A DNA stretch of 64,000 nt from Macrostomum lignano. Its lineage: Eukaryota. The translations under genes were made by a program, and so were the position numbers. The stretch's first letter is position 1. Each line of letters starts with the position of its first letter. Shown here piece after piece: positions 31,445-54,499 of this stretch. Where the stretch lies: NCBI GenBank assembly GCA_002269645.1, contig NIVC01002002.1:150212-214211 (forward strand), given 5' to 3'. The notes under the pieces are model-generated. The model was not told the DNA's origin. It saw only the letters and a program-made list of their open reading frames with translations, and did not search any database.

Positions 31445-34400
31445 TCATTCCCCGCTGCGATGTTCATATCCAGTAGTTGGTTGCCTCGACTGCATGACCG
31501 CACTGGCGTCCGCCACCCTGACGCTCCTGTCCTTCAGGATGGTCAACACCTGTCAGGATGCGGGCGGAACTAATTCAGGAAGTCTAAGCGACATCACTGC
31601 TGCCCTCACTGCACTGCCCACATTGCTTCCCACACTGCTTCCCACACTGCTTCCCATACTGCTTCCCATACTGCTTCTTCTTCTTCTTCGGGTCGCGGTC
31701 ATTCTGGCTAGCCAATAGGACCGGGTGTCTAGCACCATGCAGCCAAAGCGCTGACTCCGTGCGGGCGGACAGTAGACGGTGGAGTCCAATTTGCGGCCTG
31801 CAGAGAGTGGCCAGAAAGCGAGGGGACCCGGGTCCCGGCGGGACAGCTCCCCCAGACTGTATACCCGGATGTGAGACCAATTCGTCACCCCGTCGATGGC
31901 AGGATCGCACGGAGCTCCTGCCACATTGGCGGGGTGTCCAGGGGCGCGACGTGGACGCTGGTTTCGTACCACCCTCCTACACTACTGCCGTCACTGCTGC
32001 CGTCACTGCTGCCCACACCCCAGCACACACCTCAACCCACACCAGCCCACACTCCAGCCCACACCCCAACCAACACTCCAGCCCACACCTCAGCCCACAC
32101 TCAAGCCCACACTCCAGCACACATCCCAACCCACACCCTAACCCACAACCCACACCCTGACCACCGACCTTCCCGCCAAACACCAGCAGCACGGTGGTGG
32201 CTGAGCAGATGTTGATGCAGCAGGTCAGCAGCACGAGTCGCAGGTCCACCGAGCCGATGGGCAGCGCAAACTCCAGCACCACGCCGATCAGCCCCATCAC
32301 GGTGGTGTTGTACACGCAGATTCCGATCACCTTCGAGTCGTTCAGCGCTTCCACGTGAATTGTGCGAGTCTCCCAGGCAAAGAAAATTCCGAACAGAAGG
32401 AACACCGCCTTCATGCCGATGATGAGGCCCTTCCACAGCACCTCGCTGCTGGACTGACACACGACCAGCTTGTGCAGAACCACAGCTCCGTCAGAGATCA
32501 TGTCCTGCATTGGCATGGCACTGCATGTCAGTGGAATGTCAGTGCAATGTCAGAAATCACACTGCACAAACTGTCACCTGCTCAGACAGTCTCTTGTGAA
32601 TGCAGAGTACAGAATCACTGCACACCCTGTTACCTGCTCAGACAGTCTCTTGTGAGTGCAGAGTACAGAATCACTGCACACCCTGTTACCTGCTCAGACA
32701 GTCTCTTGTGAATGCAGAGTACAGAATCACTGCACACCCTGTTACCTGCTCAGACAGTCTCTTGTGAATGTAGAGTACAGAATCACTGCACACCCTGTTA
32801 CCTGCTCAGACAGTCTCTTGTGAATGCAGAGTACAGAATCACTGCACACCCTGTTACCTGCTCAGACAGTCTCTTGTGAATGCAGAGTACAGAATCACAC
32901 TGCACACCCTGTTCCCTGCTCAGACAGTCTCTTGTGAATGTAGAGTACAGAATCACTGCACACCCTGTTACCTGCTCATACAGTCTCTTGTGAATGCAGA
33001 GTACAGAATCACTCCACAACCTGTTACCTGCTCAGACAGTCTTTTGTGAATGCAGAGTACAGAATCACAGCACACCCTGTTACCTGCTCAGACAGTCTCT
33101 TGTGAATGCAGAGTACAGAATCACTGCACACCCTGTTACCTGCTCAGACAGTCTCTTGTGAATGCACAGTACAGAATCACACTGCACACCCTGTTACCTG
33201 CTCAGACAGTCTCTTGTGAATGCAGAGTACAGAATCACACTGCACACCCTGTTACCTGCTCAGACAGTCTCTTGTGAATGCACAGTACAGAATCACACTG
33301 CACACCCTGTTACCTGCTCAGACAGTCTCTTGTGAATGCAGAGTACAGAATCACTGCACAACCTGTTACCTGCTCAGACAGTCTCTTGTGAATGCACAGT
33401 ACAGAATCACACTGCACACCCTGTTACCTGCTCAGACAGTCTCTTGTGAATGCAGAGTACAGAATCACACTGCACACCCTGTTACCTGCTCAGACAGTCT
33501 CTTGTGAATGCAGATTACAGAATCACTGCACACCCTGTTACCTGCTCATACAGTCTCTTGTGAATGCAGAGTACAGAATCACTCCACAACCTGTTACCTG
33601 CTCAGACAGTCTCTTGTGAATGTAGAGTACAGAATCACAGCACACCCTGTTACCTGCTCAGACAGTCTCTTGTGAATGCAGAGTACAGAATCACTGCACA
33701 CCCTGTTACCTGCTCAGACAGTCTCTTGTGAATGCACAGTACAGAATCACACTGCACACCCTGTTACCTGCTCAGACAGTCTCTTGTGAATGCAGAGTAC
33801 AGAATCACACTGCACACCCTGTTACCTGCTCAGACAGTCTCTTGTGAATGCACAGTACAGAATCACACTGCACACCCTGTTACCTGCTCAGACAGTCTCT
33901 TGTGAATGCAGAGTACAGAATCACTGCACAACCTGTTACCTGCTCAGACAGTCTCTTGTGAATGCACAGTACAGAATCACACTGCACACCCTGTTACCTG
34001 CTCAGACAGTCTTTTGTGAATGCAGAGTACAGAATCACACTGCACACCCTGTTACCTGCTCAGACAGTCTCTTGTGAATGCAGATTACAGAATCACTGCA
34101 CACCCTGTTACCTGCTCAGACAGTCTCTTGACAGCCAAGGCTGGTGAATCCAGGAGTCCGAGAGCCAGCAGCAGTCCAGCATCCATCAGCAGAATAGCGG
34201 CAATCACCATGCAGAGGTGCCAGTCCTTGATGGTCTGAAATCCGGTAATGCGTGACCAGGCTGGCTCAAGGTCATTCAGGGGACTGACGATACACGAGCA
34301 CTGCAGTGCAGATGGACTCACAGTCAGCCTCATCTTGTTGGTGAAGATTCTGTGGACTCGCCACGTCTTGGCCAGAATTCCACCGAAGGCGCACGAGTAG

Positions 34401-37400
34401 CCAGTGATGAGGCAGAGCAGCTGGGACCAGCACAATCCGAGCTGGCTTCCCATGTACGCGTTGAAGGTCATGATGAGGCAGGACGCGTGGCACAGGAGGC
34501 AGCCCAGTCCGATGATGGTGTTCACGATGGGGCTGCTGAGCCGGATGTAGGGCACCTTGCGGAACCACAGGTTCACCGCCATGGCGGCCAGGGAGAGGCA
34601 GGCGCCGCAGGCAGACAGGCCGCCAGAGACCACGGCGCTGACGAGGCTGGCGTGGACGAGCTTTGAGAGGATTCTGGGAGAGTCGACTGGAGCTGAGCCG
34701 CCTGCGGAACGGGATGGGAGATGCGCTGATGGGGCTCGGGAGACTGGGCTGATAGGGCTCGGGAGACTGGGCTGATAGGGCTCGAGAGACTGGGCTGATA
34801 GGGGGCTCGGGAGACTGGGCTGATAGGGCTCGGGAGACTGGGCTGATAGGGCTCGGGAGACTGGGCTGATGGGGGGCTCGGGAGACTGGGCTGATGGGCT
34901 CGGGAGACTGAGCTGATGGGGGGCTCGGGAGACTGGGCTGATAGGGGCTCGGGAGACTGGTCTATGAAGTGAGCTAAGATCTCAAGCAGTCGAGTCGCCT
35001 ACCTGCAAACCACGGTGATTTGATCCATCGAGTGTCCCCTGTCAGCGGGTCGTACGTAGCAACTAAATCTCTCTTCAAAGCTGGAGAAGAGAAAAGATGC
35101 TCCACTTAACCAGTTTTAATTGCATTAGACAAAACTTTGATTTTATGCCTTTGGAATAGCATCTTACCTCTAATCTGATAGAAGAGGACTTTGGCCGCCC
35201 GTTCTCCTTTGCTGTTGAACTTTACAGGTCCCTGAAATAGTTTTGAGTTCCTTTCTTGATTGAGGATTAATTACTGTTGGGAGCCTGTGAGACAGCCATT
35301 CCCATTCCGCTGAACCCTGAGCACTCACGCAGGGTGTACAGTGGCCCTGAATCTCATCGTAGGTTATGTACACTCTGTGTCTTGAGGGTTGATGAGAATT
35401 TGCGTGAATTGCACTACAAGTGAACCCTATGCGAGGCTCGCTTGTAGGCTCTGGGTTGCCTGGGTTGTCTGGGTTGTCTGGGTTGCCTGGGTTGTCTGGG
35501 TTGCCTGGGCTGTCTGGGTTTCCTGGGTTGTCTGCGTTGCCTGGGTTGTCTGGGTTGTCTGGGTTGTCTGGTTTGTCTGGGTTGTCTGGGTTGTCTGGGT
35601 TGCCTGGGTTGCCTGGGTTGTCTGGGTTGTCTGGGTTGTCTGGGTTGATTCGCTCCGAGCAATGGAAACGGTTCCGCTTACCGACAGACCATTGAAGTCG
35701 AGACTCCGCACACTGTTGAAGACTTGGTCCTTGAAGTCGCTGCAGTTCAAGTCAATAGGATCGGAGGCGTAGTTCTCAACTGCCAGGGTGCTGTTGATCG
35801 CCATGGCAACTGCAGAAATTGCATCGAACCGCAGATCGAATCCAACAGTGCCAGTTTGCTCTGGGTCCACCGTCTCCTTGCCGTGCAGTCGCATAAAATC
35901 CTCGAATAATTCTTCTCTTGTCTGCGGGAGGGTCATTGGATTTTGTGCTTTTTGTTGGCCTCTGGGTGTCAGCTGTGATGACACTGGGGGCCAGCTATGA
36001 TAACACTGGGTGCCAGCTGTGATGACACTGGGGGCCAGCTATGATAACACTGGGTGCCAGCTGTGATAACACTGGGTGCCAGCTGTGATAACACTGGGTG
36101 CCAGCTGTGATAACACTGGGTGCCAGCTGTGATAACACTGGGGGCCAGCTGTGATAACACTGGGGGCCAGCTATGATAACACTGGGTGCCAGCTGTGATA
36201 ACACTGGGTGCCAGCTGTGATAACACTGGGTGCCAGCTGTGATAACACTGGGTGCCAGCTGTGATAACACTGGGTGCCAGCTGTGATAACACTGGGTGCC
36301 AGCTGTGATAACACTGGGGGCCAGCTGTGATAACACTGGGTGCCAGCTGTGATAACACTGGGTGCCAGCTGTGATAACACTGGGTGCCAGCTGTGATAAC
36401 ACTGGGTGCCAGCTGTGATAACACTGCATGGCTCAGTGCCAGTTGTCACACCAGAACAAATCTACAAAGTATTCTCATGTAAGCAACAGTGTAGGGAAAT
36501 TTTACCCACCTGTCCTGTGATCCCAATCTCGTGCTCGGCAGTTGGATCGTCAATATCGTTGTCCGTCTCCATGGAGCCCTCCATAGCAACGAGTCGGTCG
36601 GAATCTTGACAACCGGAATTCGGCAGATCCAGTCGAGTTGTAGCGGGCAACCCAATCTGAATCCACTGGTACTTGGGCCCGTAGGCACCCAGCTGTTTAA
36701 TCTGCATGAGAAGAATGCTCAAACAGTTGACAAAAAGGCTTTGAGCTGGTGAAACTTCGAGTTGTAAAATTTCGAGCTGGTAAACCCCTTATCCGAGAAG
36801 GAACTCTCACCACGCAGTCCAGTCTTTTTTTGGAGTCCTCCACTAACATCGCCCGAATGGCAACGAAAATTCGAAGATCTTTCTTCTAAAAGTGACAATA
36901 TATGTTTGCAAACCAATTACGGTTATTAATACACAAACTGACAATAAATTTATAGCAGATTTCATCTCACCAGCAAGCTAGACAGGGCAACGGTGGGGTC
37001 GGTAGTATAGCCCGCTTTTGTCACGGTGACATTGTGCAGCGCCAGCGCCGCCTCCAACCCTACTGTTACATGCAGGTTCAGACATAGGCCGAGTAAAAAT
37101 AGTGTTGAGCATGCAGACTTGCCTACTAATAGTGGAGTAATGAGCAACTCACTGACAAAAAGGCGGCGTAATCTTGCACTATCAGACCTATCGTCTTCCA
37201 CCCGAATTCTCTTGTCATGGCGACTACTGGCGCTACGCTGATGCCGAGAGTAGTTGCCATGCGGAAGTAGTACGGATACCTGGTCCTGTCGCTTAGATCC
37301 GGTGAGGGGTTCAAGCCAATCTGGAGTGTGAGTAATAGATTTCCACAAAAATTAGATATTCATCAGCCGCAGTCTCTCACCTGAGTCACACAGTTTAGCC

Positions 37401-39595
37401 ACAGTCTCTCACCTGAGTCACACAGCTTAGCCAGAGTCTCTCACCTGAGTCACACAGCTTAGCCACAGTCTCTCACCTGAGTCACACAGCTTAGCCACAG
37501 TCTCTCTCCTGAGTCACACAGTTTAGCCACAGTCTCTCACCTGAGTCACACAGTTTAGTCACAGTCTCTCACCTCAGTCACACAGTTTAGCCTCAGTCTC
37601 TCACCTGAGTCACACAGTTTAGCCTCAGTCTCTCACCTGAGTCACACAGTTTAGCCACAGTCTCTCACCTGAGTCACACAGTTTAGCCACAGTCTCTCAC
37701 CTGAGTCACACAGTAGCCACAGTCTCTCACCTGAGTCACACAGTTTAGCCACAGTCTCTCACCTGAGTCACACAGTTTATTCACAGTCTCTCACCTGAGT
37801 CACACAGTTTAGCCACAGTCTCTCACCTGAGTCACACAGTTTAGCCACAGTCTCTCACCTGAGTCACACAGTTTAGCCACAGTCTCTCACCTGAGTCACA
37901 CAGTTTAGCCACAGTCTCTCACCTGAGTCACACAGTTTAGTCACAGTCTCTCACCTGAGTCACACAGTTTAGTCACAGTCTCTCTCCTGAGTCACACAGT
38001 TTAGCCTCAGTCTCTCACCTGAGTCACACAGTTTAGCCTCAGTCTCTCACCTGAGTCACACAGTCTAGCCTCAGTCTCTCACCTGAGTCACACAGTTTAG
38101 TCACAGTCTCTCTCCTGAGTCACACAGTTTAGCCACAATCTCTCTCCTGAGTCACACAGTTTAGCCACAGTCTCTCACCTGAGTCACACAGTTTAGTCAC
38201 AGTCTCTCTCCTGAGTCACACAGTTTAGCCACAATCTCTCTCCTGAGTCACACAGTTTAGTCACAGTCTCTCACCTGAGTCACACAGTTTAGTCACAGTC
38301 TCTCACCTGAGTCACACAGCTTAGCCACAGTCTCTCACCTGAGTCACACAGTTTAGTCACAGTCTCTCACCTGAGTCACACAGCTTAGTCACAGTCTCTC
38401 ACCTGAGTCACACAGCTTAGCCACAGTCTCTCACCTGAGTCACAGTTTAGCCACAGGCTCTCACCTGAGTCACACAGTAGTAGCGGGCCAGCTCAGCAAT
38501 GACCTGAGACTGCTGCGAGAAGCTGGCGCCCAGCATCAGCGCCTTGTTGCTGCCGCTGAGGTAGCCGTCAACAAATGCCTTCAGAGCAGCGCCGATGTTC
38601 TGTTGCTGACATGTTATGATAGTTTTACAAAAAATTAACTTTAATTTCGGTCATAATTAACAAAATGAATTTTTTAAATATGACACTTTAACCAATTGGC
38701 CCGTATGTTTAGTGGCTTCTTCATTACCAGAAAATTTTAAAATAGTTCTGAAACTACCCCAGAATGTATAGGCCCATTGGGCCGGTTACGGGGCTAACCA
38801 AATTTTGTTCACAATACTCTCAGCGCACTACTAACATGATAGACTCGAATTCGGCTGATAATGCTTTTGGATTTGAAGCATACGGGAGTGGCCCAACTGG
38901 GTTTTCATTGCATATGCTGGCGTATTGCACGAGGTAAAAGCCGGAGATGGCGGGGTCCTCCCTCCTGAGTAGAAATCTGCTGAAATTCGAATACGTAAAA
39001 TCTAATGACACACGAAACGCCAATGTCTCCCGTCTGTAGCAGCATTAGCTTTCGTTTTACAAAAAATAGACATTGGGCGTTGTCCTGTACTTATCGTACT
39101 CGCCATGGGAATTCAACCTAGGTATAAACCTTAGCCATCGGATTCTGCTGGCCCTGAGCACACACGCTCACACAGAATGTACACTCTGGCACGAGAGTTG
39201 GACGCGTTTAGCGGTGAGCTGTTCTGCTCTGATTCCTATTTTACTTAAACATCACTACGGGACAAGACCGTTGCTTCAAGCTGCTATCCGTCCACGGTGA
39301 AAGCTATTACGATACATATCGGACCTATTGAATAGTAAGATAAGAAACGCAGATCATTACTCAGCAGTAATTCAACTGAATTTACCCCCGCGACTTCTCG
39401 AAATGTCGGCCGCAGAGTAAAGTTAGGAAACAGGTCCGAGCGGCTGTTGACATAGTTTACTGAGTAGTTGAAGTAGACAATCTCATTCTGGAACGGGCTG
39501 TCTACAGACACGGTGAGCAGGATGTGCACTTCCTGTCTTGCACTGGACGACGCTGTTGCGATGAAGGCTAACGCGAGCGCTGCGGCAAAGTGCAT
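31445..39595 (-). CDS. GABA-B-receptor-like class C GPCR, copy A, 13 exons, ~736 aa
   Basis: Exons 39595-39386, 38605-38465, 37320-37153, 37069-36971, 36885-36811, 36701-36510, 35921-35682, 35231-35168, 35080-35003, 34701-34322, 34234-34112, 32504-32169 and 31549-31445 join in frame. Signal peptide; Venus-flytrap motifs ([34 protein letters not shown]); 7TM motifs [10 protein letters not shown] and FAWETR..ALNDSK.IG. The exon 4 acceptor is CAT rather than CAG. Confidence 0.9.
32576..34130 (-). repeat. 56/58-bp minisatellite (~27 copies) spanning the exon 11 splice donor of GPCR copy A
   Basis: Sense unit GTAACAGGGTGTGCAGTGATTCTGTACTCTGCATTCACAAGAGACTGTCTGAGCAG. Its last 18 nt equal the end of exon 11. 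Confidence 0.95.
34725..34960. repeat. ~23-bp repeat (ggctcgggagactgggctgatag) in intron 9 of copy A; homologous arrays at ~47050-47310 (B) and ~59590-59745 (C)
   Basis: Direct inspection. Confidence 0.88.
35450..35645. repeat. 9-bp repeat (gggttgtct)n in intron 7 of copy A
   Basis: Direct inspection. Confidence 0.92.
35960..36427. repeat. 22-bp minisatellite (~21 copies) in intron 6 of copy A
   Basis: Unit ccagctgtgataacactgggtg. Confidence 0.93.
37368..38476 (-). repeat. 32-bp minisatellite (~34 copies) spanning the exon 2 splice donor of GPCR copy A
   Basis: Sense unit GTGAGAGACTGTGGCTAAACTGTGTGACTCAG. Its last 12 nt equal the end of exon 2 (C-V-T-Q codons). Confidence 0.95.
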
Positions 39596-40028
39596 CCTGA
39601 GTCCGAATCGGGTCTTGGCTACTGCATGGTGTCTCATGCGCTGCACTGCCGCTTGAAAGATTTTATTTTATTCTCACAACCGGCCCTCCCCGCACGTGAT
39701 TGGCTGCCGACTCAGAGCTGCAGTTCAGGGACAGGGCACGGAGGACCGCTCCAGGACCTTCGGTATGAATGCCTCACCAAGGATAACTTGAGTAAAAGGA
39801 CGGGAGACATTAGCTTTTCTAGAAAATAGCAATTAGCAATACTCATAAATGTCCTTTTTTACGAGTATTTGAAGTATCGATAATTTTTTCATCGATTTTT
39901 GGGCTAGCATACTAGTCAACGATACTTTCTAAATTAGGAAATTCAAACTCACTCGCAAATATATCCCGAATATTCCCGAATTCTTGAATCTTCTGTTAAA
40001 TGGTCTAAAAGCACCAGTAACTCTATTT

Positions 40029-41804
40029 CAAGGACCATTAGAAGAAGAAGGACGGGACACTTCGTTTCTTGGAAAATTTATTAAAGGCTGATTTTCACGG
40101 AAAAATGCACTAGCGAGATAGGAACTTTTCACTTTTTTCACTTTAAAATGGTGATAGCTTTTTATTGGAAGCAGATACAAAGCTCTTCTTTTAATATAAC
40201 TTACAAAACATGTTGCTTCAACGGATTTTATAAAGATTTTTTTACAATTAATTGATCTTCATATTATTTTAGTTACTAGCTATATCATGCAGCAATTATA
40301 GTTTAAAGCTAACTAGTGACTAACTTGAATTTTACAATATCTTTTTAGTTAAATGCATCTATTTATTAGCAATATATCATTACAAAACAGTTGGCTATAA
40401 TTATATGCATAGCTAGTGTAGCTAAGGTATAGCTACATAATTAAATACTTATTTTATATGAAAAGTATAAAACTAAAATGAATAAGCAGTGAATTCGGCA
40501 TATAATTATAGCCAACTGTTTTTATAATGATATATTGCTAATAAATAGATACATTCGACTAAAAAGATATTGTAAAATTCAAGTTAGTCACTAGTTAGCT
40601 TTAAACTATAATTGCTGCATGATATAGCTAGTAACTAAAATAATATGAAGATCAATTAATTGTAAAAAATCTTTATAAAATCCGTTGAAGCAACATGTTT
40701 TGTAAGTTATATCAAAAGAAGAGCTTTGTATCTGCTTCCAATAAAAAGCTATCACCATTTTAAAGTGAAAAAAGTGAAAAGTTCCTATCTCGCTAGTGCA
40801 TTTTTCCGTGAAAATCAGCCTTTAATAAATTTTCCAAGAAACGAAGTGTCCCGTCCGGGAGCACCCCAACTGCCAGCCGGAAAACCGCCAGCCGACAACT
40901 GCCAGCCGGAAAACCGCCAGCCGACAATTGCCAGTCGACAACTGCCAGCCGACAACTGCCAGCTGAGAAAACTGCCAGCCGGAAAACTGCCAGCCGACAA
41001 CTGCCAGTCGACAATTGCCAATCGACAATTGCCAGCCGAGAAATCTGCCAGCCGAGAAATCTGCCAGCCGACAACTGCCAGCCGACAAGTTCTAGCTAAT
41101 TGAATCTACTGTAGCCTACTTATTAGCTAAGTAAAAAGCACGAAACTGTTTGGCTAGCAAAAGGCTTGTGGGGTAGCCTTAAATGTCGCCCTTCCCTTCG
41201 TCCCTAATTTTTTCAGATTTCCATTGGAAGTATATATATGTGAAGGAGAAAGCATTCAAATTTCGTATATTTTTAGGTTGCCTTTGCTCTTTCTTTGAAA
41301 GCTTTATTTAAGTAAAGTAATTTAATAGACTTATCTAGGATTGCGTCATATAGCAATCGCAATCGCAAATTAAATAATAAAGTAAATAAACTTTCAATAC
41401 AGAAATATTTACAATAGGCATTACAGAATGCCTTCTCCTTCACATATATACTTCTAATGGAAATCTGAAAAAATTAGGGTAGGGAAGGGCGACATTTAAG
41501 GCTACCCCACAAGCCTTTTGCTAGCCAAACAGTTTCGTGCTTTTTACTTAGCTAATAAGTAGGCTACAGTATATTCAATTAGCTAGAACTTGTCGGCTGG
41601 CAGTTTTCTCGGCTGGCAATTGTCGACTGGCAATTGTCGGCTGGCAGTTGTCGGCTGGCAGTTGTCGACTGGCAGTTGTCGGCTGGCAGTTGTCGGCTGG
41701 CAATTGTCGGCTGGCAGTTTTCCGGCTGGCAGTTGTCGGCTGGCAGTTTTCCGGCTGGCAGTTGGGGTGGACCCGTCCCGTCCTTCTTCTTCTAGTGGTC
41801 CTTG
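40029..41804. mobile_element. Palindromic MITE (P- or hAT-type, 8-bp TSD) carrying a nested insertion in its right arm
   Basis: Termini CAAGGACCA..; TSD CTCTATTT at 40021-40028 and 41805-41812. Arms 40029-40408 and 40498-40856 plus 41784-41804 are near-perfect reverse complements around an ~89-bp spacer. Confidence 0.9.
40857..41774. mobile_element. Mutator-like non-autonomous foldback element (9-bp TSD) nested in the MITE above
   Basis: TSD GTCCCGTCC at 40848-40856 and 41775-41783. Ends GGGAGCACCCC and GGGGTGGACCC. Inverted arms 40857-41257 and 41426-41774 contain gccagccgacaact subrepeats. Confidence 0.88.
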
Positions 41805-42289
41805 CTCTATTTACCGGTGCGAGCTTTCTCAAGCCAAACTTTTCCACGCGGAAAACTGCTACACAAAGTCAAAACAAAAAGAACTGCCGCCTTCATGCCT
41901 CATTTATTTGACTTCGCTACAGTTTGCGAGCAGAGGTTTCTTCGAAGGCACACACGGCCCTGAAAAGGAAAACTGCAACGTGAAACGACCTGACCCAACC
42001 TTGGAAGCAATATTTTTTTCATTTAAGACTCCCTTTGAGCAGTCAAGGAGAAGAAACAGTCACGAAACTGATCAGTAAAAACAACCCGGGCTGTCAAAGA
42101 CATTCATGCTTTGAACCATGGCAGTTTGAAAGCAATTAGCGACCTCGAGCACGCAAAATGCGTCAGAAACGAGCGGAAGCTGATGAAAACCATTGATTAG
42201 AAGTTAGGAGCCATGCCAGTGTTTCAATATCACTTCTGCACTCGCATACTGTGCTACTGCCAACCACCCCTGCCGACCCCACACACTAA

Positions 42290-42660
42290 CCCCCATGGAT
42301 TGGCAACAAACACCCTCTCACTGCCAAGCGCCCCGCACAACAACCCCACAAAAAACCCCCACACATAACACCCTCCCACTGCCAACCCCCTCCCACACAA
42401 AACCCTCCCATGTGCCAACTCCACACACACACACACAACACCCTCCCACAGCCAACCCCCTCCCACACAAAACCCTCCCATGTGCCAACTCCACACACAC
42501 ACACACAACACCCTCCCACTGCCAACCCCCTCCCACACAAAACCCTCCCATGTGCCAACTCCACACACACACACAACACCCTCCCACTGCCAACCCCCTC
42601 CCACTACCAACACACCCCTCCTACCCACACAACACTTTCCCAGGCCCAACCCCACGCACC
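42290..42660. repeat. CA-rich ~63-bp imperfect repeat in the 3' flank of copy B; homolog at ~56720-57090 in the flank of copy C
   Basis: Recurring acaccctcccactgccaaccccctcccacacaaaaccctcccatgtg. The adjoining ~42640-43300 matches ~57090-57720. Confidence 0.85.
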
Positions 42661-42993
42661 ACCCCTTTTCTCTTTCGACCATTTTAACAAGAACAAAGTC
42701 AAAACTCAAAATTGGCTTGGTTATATTTCTCAATAAGTGGCTCCTGCATCAGAGAGCGTCCACAGGGATAAAGTTTTGCTTTCGTCGTTTTGCTATACTC
42801 TTTTCTTTGTCAAAAACAAGCCACGGGCAGTTAGGGGGTAGGGAGGCTTTCGCCAAATCCAGTGGCTTATTAATATTGGTAGCCTCTGGCTTATTAATAT
42901 TGGTAGCCTCTGGCTTAATCAAGTAGGTATGTTCTGATCCGTCAGAAAATCCAGTTCGGAATTGAAACTTTCAAGAAGCGAGTTCGCAGGGAG

Positions 42994-54121
<11,128 letters not shown>

Positions 54122-54499
54122 GCTGCCGCAGAGCTGAGACTAGTGAGTATAGACTGGGCTGCTCGAGCGGCAGCTCAGAGAGTCTTCGATGCTCAGTTGA
54201 TTTTGAGAGATTTATCACCTGCTAATAACTGTTCGCGACTTCTGATTGGGCGATTGGGTGAACAGGCTTTTCAGGTCCATCCGCTATGCTAAAAGTGGTT
54301 TTAACTATCTATCCATCAATCCGTGTGTGATTGATAATTACTTCTACTCAAAATGACTTGATAAGTGCTTCAATTCATGTCTTCGATTCGATGAAAGCTA
54401 GCCTAGATGTGAACAGACTGAACCTGGATTTGAATTTTATTAGTGTAAGTTTTTTAGAAAGATTTTTTTAAAGTGAAGAAACTCAACATAATAAAAGAA

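Noticed and set aside
31494-32215. ORFs in intron 12 of copy A (KKKKQYGKQ.., LPTLLPT.., PTLQPT..)
   Set aside because: Low-complexity intronic sequence between well-supported exons 12 and 13.
35336-35414. Candidate exon 8 of copy A (..[10 protein letters not shown])
   Set aside because: Phase is incompatible; the true exon 8 ([11 protein letters not shown], 35231-35168) matches copies B and C in length and sequence.
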